Part shown: positions 8,970 to 19,232 of the stretch, piece after piece
Layout: each line of letters starts with the position of its first letter
Numbering within the stretch: the first letter of the stretch is position 1
From: Treponemataceae bacterium
Lineage (GTDB): Bacteria; Spirochaetota; Spirochaetia; Treponematales; Rectinemataceae
Direction of reading: 5' to 3'
DNA length: 64,000 nucleotides
Assembly: GCA_963667725.2 (NCBI GenBank)
Contig: CAXXHO010000005.1
Location: forward strand, 896,001 to 960,000
Notes under the pieces: model-generated
Database searches by the model: none
The model's input: the letters and a program-made list of their open reading frames with translations, nothing else
Told to the model about the DNA's origin: nothing
Position numbers and translations under genes: made by a program

Positions 8970-10460
8970 TTATCTATACGAACGCGCCGCTTTCACCGCT
9001 TTCTCCCATCCCGACACGAGGCGGCTCCTCGTCCCACCGTCCATCTCCGGCCTGAATTCGCGTCTCTTTCTCCAATTCTTCTTCACGTCGTCCAGCCCCG
9101 ACCAGTAACCCGCGGCCAGACCGGCCATGTAGGCGGCGCCTAAGGCCGTAGTCTCGGTGACTTCGGGCAGGACGACGTTCCGCTCCGTGATATCGGCCTG
9201 GAACTGCATCAGGAAGGAGTTGGCCGAAGCCCCGCCGTCGGCTTTTATGCTCGCAAGCCTGCGGCCTGAATCCTTTTCCATGGCGTCGAGAAGATCGCGC
9301 GACTCGTAGGCTATCGCCTCCAGGGCCGCGCGTACGAAATGCGCCCTCGTCGTGCCTCTTGTGATGCCAACCACGGTTCCGCGCGCCTCCGAATCCCAGT
9401 AAGGCGCTCCCAGGCCGACGAAAGCCGGCACGAGATAGACGCCGCCGGTATCAGGCACCGAACGCGCCAGCGCCTCGCTCTCGGCTGAATCGGCTAGGAG
9501 GCCCATCTGGTCGCGCAGCCACTGGATGACGGCGCCCGCTATGAAAACCGAGCCTTCGAGGGCGTAGGTATAGCCCTTGCCGAGATCCCAGGCCACGGTC
9601 GTGAGGAGGTTGTGTTCGGACACGACGGGAAAGGGGCCCGCGTTCATAAGGGTGAAGCAGCCCGTGCCGTAGGTGTTCTTGGCTTCCCCGGGCTCGAAGC
9701 AGGCGTGGCCGAAAAGGGCCGCCTGCTGGTCGCCCGCGACGCCGGTGACGGGAATCGCCGTCCCGAAAAGCTCCGCGCGCGCGGTCCCGAAGAACCCCGA
9801 ACTGGGCAGCACCTCCGGGAGAATGGAGCGCGGCACGCCGAGCAGTTTCAAAAGATCGTCGTCCCATGTCCGTTTCCTGATATCGAAGAGTAGCGTGCGG
9901 CTCGCGTTGGTCGGATCGGTGGCGTGGCGTCCGGTGAGGCGGTAAATAAGCCAGGAATCTATGGTGCCGAACATGAGTTCGCCGCGCTCGGCGCGCACGC
10001 GCAGGTCGGGACGCTCCCTGAACAGCCAGGTGAGTTTAGTGCCCGAAAAATAGGCGTCCAGCACGAGGCCGGTTTTCTCGCGTATCTCCGGCTCGGCCCC
10101 CGCCGCCCGTAGCTCGTCGCATATGCCCGACGAACGTCTGCATTGCCAGACGATGGCGTTGTACACGGGTTTGCCGGTATCGCGCTCCCACAGCACCGTC
10201 GTCTCGCGCTGGTTCGTGATGCCGATGGCGAGTATCTGGTCGCTCTCGATCTGGGCCGCCGCGATGGCGCCGCGCGCCGCCTCGAGCTGGGTCGTCCAGA
10301 TTTCCTCGGGATCGTGCTCTACCCAACCCGGCTTGGGGAATATCTGATTGAAGGGTATCTGCTTGACGCCGATGATGATGCCGTCGTGGTTGAATAAAAT
10401 CGCCCTCGAAGAGGTCGTGCCCTGATCCAGGGCAAGAATATACTGTTCTTTTGTCGACAT
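8970..10460 (-). CDS. glpK: Glycerol kinase
   Basis: DQGTTSSR, ITNQRET, YFSGTK, GDQQAALFG, KNTYGTG; real start MSTKEQY at 10460. Confidence 0.96.
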   Translation of the reverse strand: MSTKEQYILALDQGTTSSRAILFNHDGIIIGVKQIPFNQIFPKPGWVEHDPEEIWTTQLEAARGAIAAAQIESDQILAIGITNQRETTVLWERDTGKPVYNAIVWQCRRSSGICDELRAAGAEPEIREKTGLVLDAYFSGTKLTWLFRERPDLRVRAERGELMFGTIDSWLIYRLTGRHATDPTNASRTLLFDIRKRTWDDDLLKLLGVPRSILPEVLPSSGFFGTARAELFGTAIPVTGVAGDQQAALFGHACFEPGEAKNTYGTGCFTLMNAGPFPVVSEHNLLTTVAWDLGKGYTYALEGSVFIAGAVIQWLRDQMGLLADSAESEALARSVPDTGGVYLVPAFVGLGAPYWDSEARGTVVGITRGTTRAHFVRAALEAIAYESRDLLDAMEKDSGRRLASIKADGGASANSFLMQFQADITERNVVLPEVTETTALGAAYMAGLAAGYWSGLDDVKKNWRKRREFRPEMDGGTRSRLVSGWEKAVKAARSYR

Positions 10461-10565
10461 GAATGTAGTATACTCCGGAAACGAAGAACGTGAAACGCCG
10501 AAAATGGCAGCGCGGCGGCCTTGAAAACGCATTGGCCGCTTGCCGGTTTCATCCTGGGGGAAGCC

Positions 10566-11051
10566 ATGGAAAAGAACGAATTCAATGCTCTCGTGAACGC
10601 TTTCGAGCACGCGTATGACGCCTTGTCGGCTGAACTGAACGCGCTCGGTCCCGATGAATTGAACTTTGTGCCGCCCATCCTCGACGCGTGGTCCATCAAC
10701 GAGCACCTCGTTCATCTTCTGGACGCCGACTGCAACCTCGTGATGCGGCTGAGGGGCGCGGTGGGAGAACCGGGCAAAAACATCCCCATCTGGGACCAGG
10801 AAGCCTGGCGCGCTAAAAATAATTATTCGGCGAGCGACGGCGTTTTCTGCCTCGATCTTGCCGTATCCCTCAGGAAATTCCTGGCGGAATCCCTCCGGAC
10901 CCTCGACGACGCGACACGCGAAGCCGCCTGCGTCATGCATCCCGAACGGGGAAAGCTCAGCCTTGCCGATGTCCTGACCATCTATACGGGACATGCCGAT
11001 TTTCACTTCAAGTATCTTAAAAGGAATCTTGAGGCGTTTAAAAATAAATAG
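10566..11051 (+). CDS. DinB/YfiT-like protein
   Basis: WSINEHLVHL...H...H pattern, HPERG. Confidence 0.75.
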   Translation: MEKNEFNALVNAFEHAYDALSAELNALGPDELNFVPPILDAWSINEHLVHLLDADCNLVMRLRGAVGEPGKNIPIWDQEAWRAKNNYSASDGVFCLDLAVSLRKFLAESLRTLDDATREAACVMHPERGKLSLADVLTIYTGHADFHFKYLKRNLEAFKNK

Positions 11052-11066
11052 CATAGAGGAAGCACG

Positions 11067-11768
11067 ATGGATCTGATGGAAAGCCTTACGACGATACGAA
11101 TCGGCCCGATGGACGCTGCCATCCGCCTCATCCTGGCCATGCTGGCGGGAGGGTTGGTGGGAATGGAGCGCGAGATGCGCCGACAGACCGCCGGCCTGCG
11201 CACCCATATCCTCATATCGCTCGGTTCCTGCCTCCTGATGATGCTCTCCATCTGGATGCCCCAGTCCGTCGGTCTCGACAAGGGCGATCCGGGGCGCATC
11301 GCCGCCCAGGTTGTGTCGGGCATCGGTTTCCTTGGCGCCGGCGCCTTCATAAAAATCGGCAACAACGTAAAAGGCATGACGACAGCCGCCAGCCTCTGGG
11401 TCGTTGCCGCAATCGGACTGACCATAGGAGGCGGCATGTGGATCGCCGGCCTCATCACCCTCGTTCTCGTCCTGATCGCCCTTGCCGCCCTGGAGCCCGT
11501 TGAGCGCAAGCTTTTCCCTGCCGAGCGTTTTAAATACATCGGCATCTGGTTCGCGGAAAATACGGCCGACCGCGGCAAAGTCCTCGACGTCCTCGCCGAG
11601 CACGGCATACGCGCGCAATCCGTCGACGCGAGCCAGGATGTCGCCAGGCAGTCCACTAAGTTCTCCGTGCTGGCCAAGATCCCCGTCGATGTGGACATCG
11701 AGCGTCTCTTCAGGGACCTTCGCCATATCGGCAACGTCGAAAAGGTGAAAATCGAGGAAAACGCCTAG
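11067..11768 (+). CDS. MgtC/SapB family membrane protein
   Basis: GMERE, AGLRTH, RIAAQVVSGIGFLGAG, GMTTAA. Confidence 0.92.
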   Translation: MDLMESLTTIRIGPMDAAIRLILAMLAGGLVGMEREMRRQTAGLRTHILISLGSCLLMMLSIWMPQSVGLDKGDPGRIAAQVVSGIGFLGAGAFIKIGNNVKGMTTAASLWVVAAIGLTIGGGMWIAGLITLVLVLIALAALEPVERKLFPAERFKYIGIWFAENTADRGKVLDVLAEHGIRAQSVDASQDVARQSTKFSVLAKIPVDVDIERLFRDLRHIGNVEKVKIEENA

Positions 11769-11825
11769 CCGGGGCTGATGGCCACGGGCTAAGCTCGGAC
11801 TTGTTGGATTTGTTCAGGTGAAGAC

Positions 11826-12494
11826 TCAGCGGGCCAGCCAGCTCCTGACGTCGTTCAAGTTTTCAAACACCCGCGCGGCCCTGCGCAGCGCTTCTTCATC
11901 CGGCTGTATCAAATCGGGAACCATCACCGGAATCGTCCCCGCCGCGTAGGCCGAGGCTATTCCGGTGCGAGAATCCTCCAGCACCAGGCAGGAACCGGGG
12001 CTCACACCGAGCCCCGCGGCTGCCTTCAGATATATCTCGGGATCGGGTTTTGTCTTCTCGACCTCATCCCCGCAAATGGTAAAGCTGAAGCGATCAAGAA
12101 TGCCCGCCTTGCGCAGAAGCGGCATGACGCGGGGCCTTGTGGTCGACGTCGCCACGGCTATCGGAATCTTTTCAGCCGCGAAAAAGTCAAAAATATCAAG
12201 GAGGCCGTGTTTGAGCGGAACTTCATTCTCGCGGAAATAATCGGCTTCCAGGGCGAGCCTAGTAGCCCTGATGGCGTCGTAAGGGAATTCGGGCCCATGC
12301 GTTTCCATCATGAACAGCCTGCCGGAGGCGCTCGACTGTCCGACGAGGCTCATGAGCACTTCGGGGCCGATGTCCCAACCGTGCGCGGCTCCCGCCTTTG
12401 TCCAAAGCTCATGCGCGATCCGTTCGGTATCAAACATGAGCCCATCCATATCGAAGGCGACCGCCTCGATCGCGAAACCCTCCACGCATAGCAT
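11826..12494 (-). CDS. HAD-IA family phosphatase
   Basis: FDMDGLMFDTE, ATS, KPDPEIY, LEDS; start approximate. Confidence 0.9.
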   Translation of the reverse strand: MLCVEGFAIEAVAFDMDGLMFDTERIAHELWTKAGAAHGWDIGPEVLMSLVGQSSASGRLFMMETHGPEFPYDAIRATRLALEADYFRENEVPLKHGLLDIFDFFAAEKIPIAVATSTTRPRVMPLLRKAGILDRFSFTICGDEVEKTKPDPEIYLKAAAGLGVSPGSCLVLEDSRTGIASAYAAGTIPVMVPDLIQPDEEALRRAARVFENLNDVRSWLAR

Positions 12495-12639
12495 TCCCGT
12501 ACTCCTCAAAAACTGGTTGTGCTATAATGTACTATTCTATGCAAGCATGAAAAGCGCTTACCCCTTCAGCCACAGCTCTTTGGCTAAAATCTCGCGATCG
12601 GCAGTCAAATGCGCCGAAAAACCAGCCCGTGCCATTCCG

Positions 12640-12668
12640 TTGACTTTTTTCCGCCCAGCTTGTATATT
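12640..12668 (+). promoter_or_regulatory. sigma70-like promoter upstream of tRNA
   Basis: TTGACT-N17-TATATT followed by a GC-rich stretch. Confidence 0.55.
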
Positions 12669-12722
12669 TTTTGCCGCGCCCGGAGGGTGAATAGTCCCTC
12701 GTGGCGTTCCGCTTGATTGCGC

Positions 12723-12796
12723 GGGCCCATAGCTCAGTTGGTTAGAGCCGCGGACTCATAATCCGTTGGTCCCTGGTTCAAGTCCAGGTGGGCCCA
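12723..12796 (+). tRNA. ileX: tRNA with CAT anticodon, most likely tRNA-Ile2 (lysidine)
   Basis: Acceptor GGGCCCA/TGGGCCC, D-arm AGCTCAGTTGGTTAGAGC, anticodon loop CTCATAA, T-loop GTTCAAGTC; C4/C5 and overall sequence resemble Ile2 rather than Met; CCA not encoded. Confidence 0.9.
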
Positions 12797-12894
12797 TATC
12801 GCAATTCTTTTAATCTCCCGCCAGTTCAAGCTCCACACAACCTTCTCGGCTGATCTTTATCCGACTGCCTCGGGCATGGGCGCGTCAGGCGTCC

Positions 12895-14484
12895 CTAATC
12901 CTTCAGGCACTTCTTCGCCGCAAGTCTGCCCGTCATGATCGCCGTTGGGCCCCCTGCGGGGCTGTACACCCACTTCCCGGCGGCGTAGACATCGGGCAGG
13001 GCCGTCTTTACGGAATCTGCCATGCGGAACATGCTCGTCACCACGGGTATGGCCTGCTCGAAAGACCAGCCAACGATGGAGCCCTCGGAGCTACCCGCTC
13101 GCTCGAGGATGGAGAGGGGCGAGAAAGAGAAGCTGAACAGCTTTTTCTCCTTGATTCCGGGGTAGATGCTCGACGAGATGACCTCGATGAATTCGTCTTC
13201 CACGAGCCGCTTGAACGACTCGTACCAGCCCGCGGCCTTGATCCTCCGCGTGAGCTCGTAGCTGAACAAGGCGCTGATGATGACTCCCGTCTTTCCCGGC
13301 GGGGCCGCGTCGGGATCGCGCAGGGCGGGAATGGAAATCTCGAAGGTGTTGTAGCGGCAGAACCCGCGAAGCCAGGCGGAGATTTCATCCCGCTGGACCG
13401 AGTCCCAACGCGCGAGCATGCCATCCAGTTCGGAGCTATGGATCTGCCCTAGTCCGTTTTTATCGGGGGTGTAGAACAGGTGCCCGCTCGCTATCTTGCC
13501 GAAGGCCTCGGGCGGAAGATCCACGCCCAGGAATACCGAGTAAACTGATTCAGCTCCCTTGCTCGCGAGGATCTTTTCCTTGCGCTGGATGAACGAAGCC
13601 CGCGACTTCTCCGCCATTCCCGTCGATTCGCTCATCGCGTACAGGGCTTTGAGGTCTCCGGCCCAGACCATCTTTTCGTAATGATACGCGGCGCCGGAGG
13701 AGTCGGTTATCACCTTCGCGCCGGGCTCGACTTTGACAATTTCAGTATCGAGGCGCACTTCCCCGCCGCGCTCTTGTATCGCGGCCTCCAGCTTCTGGAT
13801 AAAGGCGCCCACGCCGCCCTTGGGATAGACGTAGTCGTTGTAGAGCGCGAAATAGCTCAGGGCGAAAAAAACCGGCGTCTTGCGGAAGAAATGCTGGCCT
13901 ATGATGTCCTTCAAAGACTGATTTGAGGAGAGCTCGTCGAGGCGCTCCTCGAAAGGCGTGTCCATCTTGGAGATGCGGTGCATCGTCCTCATGAGTCTCA
14001 CCAGCCAAGCGACGAGCGAAGGCGCGAGGACGAGGATGTTTTTCCTCTTTTTGGTGAAGAGGGGATTGTCGACTCCGTAGAGGACTTTCATGTCCTCGAT
14101 GATGGAGCGGATAGCCTCGATGATCCTATCGACATCGCCTTCGCTGCCTGGATAGAGCCTTTTCAGCATGTCGGCGTAGGTGTGGAGGCCCTCTTCCCCT
14201 TCGATCCGGATGATCGAGTCCTCTATGCCGAGTGTGATCGGATTGGGCAGGATCTCGATGTCGATGCCGAATTCCTTGATCATTGGCCCCACCAGCCCAG
14301 CGTTCACCAAAGCCCGCGCCCCGCCCTCGAAGCGGAAGCCCCCGCGCTCGAAGGAGTTCATTAGCCCGCCGCAATGCTCGTTCTTTTCGATGAGGAGGAC
14401 GTCTTTGCCCTTTCGCGCGAGGCTCAATGCCGCGGTGAGGCCGGCGAGGCCCCCGCCTACGACGATGATATCCTTGTTCGTCAT
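12895..14484 (-). CDS. Phytoene desaturase-like FAD oxidoreductase
   Basis: IIVVGGGLAGL, YPKGG, DPDAAPPGK; start MTNKD at 14484. Confidence 0.82.
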   Translation of the reverse strand: MTNKDIIVVGGGLAGLTAALSLARKGKDVLLIEKNEHCGGLMNSFERGGFRFEGGARALVNAGLVGPMIKEFGIDIEILPNPITLGIEDSIIRIEGEEGLHTYADMLKRLYPGSEGDVDRIIEAIRSIIEDMKVLYGVDNPLFTKKRKNILVLAPSLVAWLVRLMRTMHRISKMDTPFEERLDELSSNQSLKDIIGQHFFRKTPVFFALSYFALYNDYVYPKGGVGAFIQKLEAAIQERGGEVRLDTEIVKVEPGAKVITDSSGAAYHYEKMVWAGDLKALYAMSESTGMAEKSRASFIQRKEKILASKGAESVYSVFLGVDLPPEAFGKIASGHLFYTPDKNGLGQIHSSELDGMLARWDSVQRDEISAWLRGFCRYNTFEISIPALRDPDAAPPGKTGVIISALFSYELTRRIKAAGWYESFKRLVEDEFIEVISSSIYPGIKEKKLFSFSFSPLSILERAGSSEGSIVGWSFEQAIPVVTSMFRMADSVKTALPDVYAAGKWVYSPAGGPTAIMTGRLAAKKCLKD

Positions 14485-15449
14485 AGATTCACCCCCTTTT
14501 GACTGAGCAAAGCTATCGTCTTTTCCCATAGAGCCTCGGCCGCTTCCATGTCGCGCGCGGGAGGCGCCAGTTCCTCTTCTGTCGTCAGATGGAAGAATAC
14601 ATCGCTGGTTTTCGCTAGCGCCTTGGACGTCCCTAGAAAATAGAGGGCTTCCGCGGATTTGTCCGGAGTCGCCGAACGCGCGTCGATGAAGTTCCGCTTG
14701 TACCATTTGTACAGCTTGCCGTTGTCTTTGCCCGTCTCGGTCCGCACCATGCCCGGATGCATGGCGTTGATGGTCACTCCGAGCGGCTCGAGTTCCCTTG
14801 CGATGAGGTGCATCGACAGAAGCTGGGCCAGCTTTCCGGCTCCGTAGGCCTTGAGCCCGGAATACTTATTCCATTCCCACTGGAGGTCGTCCAGATTGAG
14901 TCCCCACACGGCGAACCGATAGCCCTCGGAACCGACGAAAATGATTCTGCCCGTTCTATCCCGGCTCAGCTTGGGCATGAGCATCTTGGTAATGACGAAG
15001 GGCGCGAGGTAGTGGAGGGCGAAATTGGTCTCGAGGCCGTCGGCGGTTTCATGCCGGGTTTCGAGGTGAATACCCGCGTTGTGGATCATAACGTCGATCG
15101 GCTGTTCCAGCCCGGCCAGATAGCGTCCAGCGCGCTGAATGTCCGAGAGCAGTGAGAGGTCGGCGGTGAAGTATTCCGCCCGGACGCCGAAGTCGTCGGC
15201 GATTTCCCCGCAAACTCGCTCGGATTTCTCGCCGTTCCTGTTTATCATGACGAGCCGAGCGCCCATGGCAGCGTATTTCCGCGCCGCGCAGAGACCGATG
15301 CCCGAGGTGGCGCCCGTGATGGCTACCAGCTTGCCGGCGAAGGGCTCAGCGCAGAACTCGGGCTCTTTCTTCATGTTCTTGAGCATCGCCTGGATGTTCG
15401 ACCATTTGTATTGCGGCCAGTACCGCCGGATCGCCTGTTTACGTATCAC
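14481..15449 (-). CDS. SDR family oxidoreductase (retinol-DH-like)
   Basis: TGATSGIG, HNAG, YGAGK (YxxxK), HPGMV; AAGGAG RBS. Confidence 0.88.
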   Translation of the reverse strand: MIRKQAIRRYWPQYKWSNIQAMLKNMKKEPEFCAEPFAGKLVAITGATSGIGLCAARKYAAMGARLVMINRNGEKSERVCGEIADDFGVRAEYFTADLSLLSDIQRAGRYLAGLEQPIDVMIHNAGIHLETRHETADGLETNFALHYLAPFVITKMLMPKLSRDRTGRIIFVGSEGYRFAVWGLNLDDLQWEWNKYSGLKAYGAGKLAQLLSMHLIARELEPLGVTINAMHPGMVRTETGKDNGKLYKWYKRNFIDARSATPDKSAEALYFLGTSKALAKTSDVFFHLTTEEELAPPARDMEAAEALWEKTIALLSQKGVNL

Positions 15450-15558
15450 TGGCTCCTTATATTTATTTTTACATTATAGCAAGGCGTTATGCGCCAAGCA
15501 ATGCGGATGCTGAGACGGATTGCGCAGCCCTTGTGCGACGCCTGTGGATATGGTAGGT

Positions 15559-16167
15559 ATGTCGACAATGAAGACCAAGTACGTCCTCTGTGTCTTCCTG
15601 GCCATCATGGCCGGGCTGGTAGCCTTCGCCGTCTTTTTCAAGGCCGAATTCATCGCCCTTCTCAACCGGCCCGCCTTGCGCGGCCACGCTCTCTTCGTCC
15701 ACATCACCGCCGCCACCCTCTTCTTCGCCAACGCGGCCGTGGGCATGATCTGGGAAAAGCGCAGCTTGGCCTCGGGCAGCAAGGAAGTGATCCTCCACAC
15801 CTTCACCACCGTGGCCTGGATAGACGCGCGCTTCTCCTCGCCCCTCATCATCCTCTCGCTGGTCTCGGGCCTCATGCTCGCCTTCATCCTGGGGGACCTC
15901 TGGACGATCGGCTGGCTTTCGACGGCATTCGTCCTCTTCATGCTCTCTGGGCTGTTCTGGATCGTCAGCGATATCCCCACCCAGTACAAAGTCAAGCGCC
16001 TCATGGCGAGCCTCAAGGCCGACGACCAAGCCCTCCCCGGGGAGCTTGTCCGGCTGTTGAGGCTGCGCTGGTGGATAAGCCTTGGCGGCGTGGTTCCCCT
16101 CGCGGCGGTGTTCGCGCTGATGGTCTACAAACCGGACATTTCGGCCGTGGCGATGTGGTTCAGGTAA
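15559..16167 (+). CDS. Integral membrane protein (DUF2269-like)
   Basis: About 5 hydrophobic segments, C-terminal LMVYKP motif; start approximate. Confidence 0.65.
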   Translation: MSTMKTKYVLCVFLAIMAGLVAFAVFFKAEFIALLNRPALRGHALFVHITAATLFFANAAVGMIWEKRSLASGSKEVILHTFTTVAWIDARFSSPLIILSLVSGLMLAFILGDLWTIGWLSTAFVLFMLSGLFWIVSDIPTQYKVKRLMASLKADDQALPGELVRLLRLRWWISLGGVVPLAAVFALMVYKPDISAVAMWFR

Positions 16168-16222
16168 AGGAGCGTGTCCCATTCAGCGCGGAGCGTATCC
16201 TCCCTGCCGGCGCGGCGCGGAG

Positions 16223-17257
16223 TCACGCTGTGGGAGCGGTGATCGAGCGGATGCTTCCGCGTATGATCAATTCGCCGCCGATGGATACCTTTTCGGAGGG
16301 CCGGCCCGGATCGGCGATACGGTCGAGGAGGAGCCGCATGGCGCGCCGCCCGATCGAGCGGTTGGAGACCTTCACGGAGCTGAGGCATGGCTCCATGAAC
16401 TCGTCGGAGGGGAGGTTGTCGAAGCCGACGATCGAAACGTCATCGGGGATGCTCTTGCCGGCGTCCTTCAAGGCTTGGATGCAGGCGTACGCGATGAAGT
16501 CGTTGACGCAGAACAAAGCGCTCGGCAGGTCCCCGGCGTTGGCGAGCAGCTTCGTCATGTCCTGCCTTCCCTTGTCGAAGGTCGGGTCGATCGCGAAGCA
16601 GTCGGCGGCGGCCACGGGCAATCCCAGGCGGTCCATCGTCTCCATGAAAGCATGCTCGCGTAGCCGGAAATTCCTTGTTTCGATCAGGCTCTTCACGAGG
16701 CCTATGCGGCGATGCCCGGCGCCGTGGAGATATTCCAGGGCTGCGCGCACCGAGGACTCGTTGTTCATGTCGACGAAGTCCAGGTCGAGCCATGGGCGGT
16801 AGGTGTAGACGACGACTATCGGCACCGACACCTCCGAGAAGAACTCGAGATCATCGTCATCCAGCGCCGATCCGAGTATGACCGCGCCGTCAATCATATC
16901 GGTGTTGAGGGCCTGCAGCACCTTTTGCGGATCGAATCCTTCCAATATCTGAATCTCGACGCGATAGTTCTCCGCCTTGGCCTCCTCTTCGAGGCCGGCG
17001 ATGTATTCGGAGATGAAGATGCGGTGAGCCTGGTAGGTGACTTGGCCCTGCTTGGCGATGTAGAGCATTCGGATCGCGCGCGTGCTCGCCGAGGGCGGCC
17101 GCTTCGATTTTTTCTGTTCATAGCCGAGCTTGGCGGCGATCGCGAGAACCTTGTCCCGTGTTTCCTGCCCGACGCCCGGCTTGTTGTTGAGGACGAAGGA
17201 GACCGCGGCCGGCGAGATGCCAGCCAAGTCCGCTATCTCGCGAATTGTTGCTGCCAT
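16223..17257 (-). CDS. LacI family transcriptional regulator
   Basis: TIREIADLAGISPAAVSFVLN HTH; IPDDVSIVGFDN; LIIRGS. Confidence 0.93.
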   Translation of the reverse strand: MAATIREIADLAGISPAAVSFVLNNKPGVGQETRDKVLAIAAKLGYEQKKSKRPPSASTRAIRMLYIAKQGQVTYQAHRIFISEYIAGLEEEAKAENYRVEIQILEGFDPQKVLQALNTDMIDGAVILGSALDDDDLEFFSEVSVPIVVVYTYRPWLDLDFVDMNNESSVRAALEYLHGAGHRRIGLVKSLIETRNFRLREHAFMETMDRLGLPVAAADCFAIDPTFDKGRQDMTKLLANAGDLPSALFCVNDFIAYACIQALKDAGKSIPDDVSIVGFDNLPSDEFMEPCLSSVKVSNRSIGRRAMRLLLDRIADPGRPSEKVSIGGELIIRGSIRSITAPTA

Positions 17258-17268
17258 AATGTATGGCT

Positions 17269-17307
17269 ATGATAAACCCAACTTAACAAACTGTCAATGT
17301 TAAGTTG
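17269..17307 (-). promoter_or_regulatory. lacI promoter overlapped by inverted repeat
   Basis: Minus strand TTGACA-N17-TATCAT; the -35 lies inside CAACTTAACA-N9-TGTTAAGTTG. Confidence 0.7.
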
Positions 17308-17405
17308 ATTGTATGAGAATAGCATTCAATAATCCATTAAAATGTGTGAAATATTCGTTAATAACTAAATAGCAGTGTAAAATCTCACTAATTATATGAA
17401 TAATT

Positions 17406-17457
17406 AACTAAAACATTTTAGTTTTTTCTTGACAGCTTTCAAATCTAGATTAATAAT
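17406..17457 (+). promoter_or_regulatory. Operator-like palindrome plus promoter of the glycerophosphodiester operon
   Basis: AACTAAAA-CA-TTTTAGTT (17406-17423) then TTGACA-N17-AATAAT. Confidence 0.6.
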
Positions 17458-17493
17458 TCAACGATTCCGGAGTCGAGAGAGGGGTTCGCATCG

Positions 17494-18345
17494 ATGATAT
17501 CGATCGCTGTCATACTTGCCGTGCTTGCGCTTGTCGCGGCTCTCTTGTTATGGATGCTATGGCCAGCCTCGCCAAGCCCCGAAATGCGAGTTCTTCTGAA
17601 GGGCCGCAAGTATGCCCATCGAGGCATGTTCGACAACAAGGCTGGGATCCCCGAAAACTCGCTCGCGGCCTTCGGCGCGGCGAGGGACATGGGCTATGGG
17701 ATCGAGCTGGATATCCATCTCGCGAGCGACGGCGAAGTCGTGGTATTCCACGATGACAAGCTCGCCCGCCTGTGCGGCGAAGCGCGGAAGGTCGAGGCCC
17801 TGTCGCTCGCTGAGCTCAAGGCTCTTTCGCTTCTGTCGACCGATCAGAAGATCCCCACCTTGAGGGAGTTGCTCTCCCTTGTGGACGGCAGCGTGCCGCT
17901 CCTCATCGAATTCAAGACGGGACTCCCCGGAAGCGCCGATGTCCGTCCTCTGTGCGAGGCCGCGTCCCGGCTTCTTGACGGATATGAGGGCGATTATCTG
18001 GTGGAAAGCTTCGACGCGAATGTCCTTTCCTGGTTCAAGAACAACCGCCCGAAGGTTATGCGCGGGCAGCTTGCCTTGGGATTTAGAACCTATGAACGCG
18101 CCCTCGGGAAAGAGGGCGCCGCGTCCATCCCCCTTATTCGGCGAAGAATGCTTTCATGGCTTCTGTACAACTATAGATCGAGGCCGCATTTTATTTCCTA
18201 CCGTTTTGAGGATGCCGGCTTGCCTCTGCGAATCTGCATGACGCTCGGCGCCATGGCGGCGGTTTGGACCGTCAGGAAGCGAGAGGATTCCGTTCGACTT
18301 TTGGCGAAATACGATTCCATCATCTTCGAGGGATTCAAGGCATGA
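17494..18345 (+). CDS. Glycerophosphodiester phosphodiesterase, N-terminal membrane anchor
   Basis: AHRG, PENSLAAF, IELDI, VVFHD, IEFK. Confidence 0.9.
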   Translation: MISIAVILAVLALVAALLLWMLWPASPSPEMRVLLKGRKYAHRGMFDNKAGIPENSLAAFGAARDMGYGIELDIHLASDGEVVVFHDDKLARLCGEARKVEALSLAELKALSLLSTDQKIPTLRELLSLVDGSVPLLIEFKTGLPGSADVRPLCEAASRLLDGYEGDYLVESFDANVLSWFKNNRPKVMRGQLALGFRTYERALGKEGAASIPLIRRRMLSWLLYNYRSRPHFISYRFEDAGLPLRICMTLGAMAAVWTVRKREDSVRLLAKYDSIIFEGFKA

Positions 18346-19232
18346 GCGAAAAAAAGTTGGCCGACCCATCAATCAGGAAAATCGCGAAAGGACAGATGTA
18401 TTTCACGGCGATGCTTACGCTTCTCTACGAGCTTCTTCACCTCACTCCGCTGAGGCGCGTCTACCAGAATTTAGTGAGCAAGGCCACCCGAGAAAAGAAG
18501 CGGGTGGGCGACATCCCTATCTTGGAATACTGCGTCGGTTCGCCCAAAGGCAAGCCCCTCGTATTCATGACCCACGGCTACGGCTCCTTCAAGGAGAGGA
18601 TGGCGAACTTCGCCATGCGGCTCGCGGACAAAGGGTATTTCGTCGTCGCTCCGGACGCCCTGGCCCATGGCGAGAGGAACGAACCCGGAAGGTACTCTAT
18701 CCTGCAGGTTGTCGAACGATCCGTGGCCGATATCGACGTTCTCATCGAATATTACAAGGCCAATTCCGATTCGGATACCGAACTTTTTTCCATCGTGGGC
18801 CGTTCGATGGGCGGCTTCGTCGCCTACAGCTACCTAGTGAATGGAAAATATCCGCCCCGGGCCATAGCGCCGACCATATCCTCTCCCGATTCGCGGGATT
18901 TGATGAATTACCAGCTCGGGCTTTCCTACTATGAGAACCACAAGATTCGGCACCTGACCGATCCAGTCGAGATAGCGCGGCGGAACGAGGAACTGGAGGA
19001 GGCGAGCCTCCTGGCGAGGGTCGTCAAGAACGACAAGGTCGCTGTCATCGTCCAGAACATGAGGTTCGATTTCCTCGTGGGGAGCGAGGGAGGCGACAAG
19101 CTGTACGAGGCGTGGAAGGATAAAAGGAAGGACGGAAGCTACCGCTACGTCAAGCCCTTCGCTTTCTTTCATTACATTCCCGATGTCGCCAAGAAGAATG
19201 TCATCGACTTTTTACAGGAGTGGGTTAAATGA
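18342..19232 (+). CDS. Alpha/beta hydrolase (esterase/lysophospholipase-like)
   Basis: HGYG oxyanion motif, PDALAHGER, GRSMGG nucleophile elbow; ATGA overlap. Confidence 0.8.
   Translation: MSEKKLADPSIRKIAKGQMYFTAMLTLLYELLHLTPLRRVYQNLVSKATREKKRVGDIPILEYCVGSPKGKPLVFMTHGYGSFKERMANFAMRLADKGYFVVAPDALAHGERNEPGRYSILQVVERSVADIDVLIEYYKANSDSDTELFSIVGRSMGGFVAYSYLVNGKYPPRAIAPTISSPDSRDLMNYQLGLSYYENHKIRHLTDPVEIARRNEELEEASLLARVVKNDKVAVIVQNMRFDFLVGSEGGDKLYEAWKDKRKDGSYRYVKPFAFFHYIPDVAKKNVIDFLQEWVK

Noticed and set aside
8970..11726. 918-aa ORF suggesting a glycerol kinase with a large N-terminal fusion
   Set aside because: The extra ~420 codons are the antisense of the DinB-like and MgtC genes; GlpK homology starts at 10460
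12723..12796. tRNA-Met call from the CAT anticodon
   Set aside because: Lacks initiator features (C1:A72 mismatch, three G-C pairs in the anticodon stem) and resembles Ile2; elongator Met is not fully excluded
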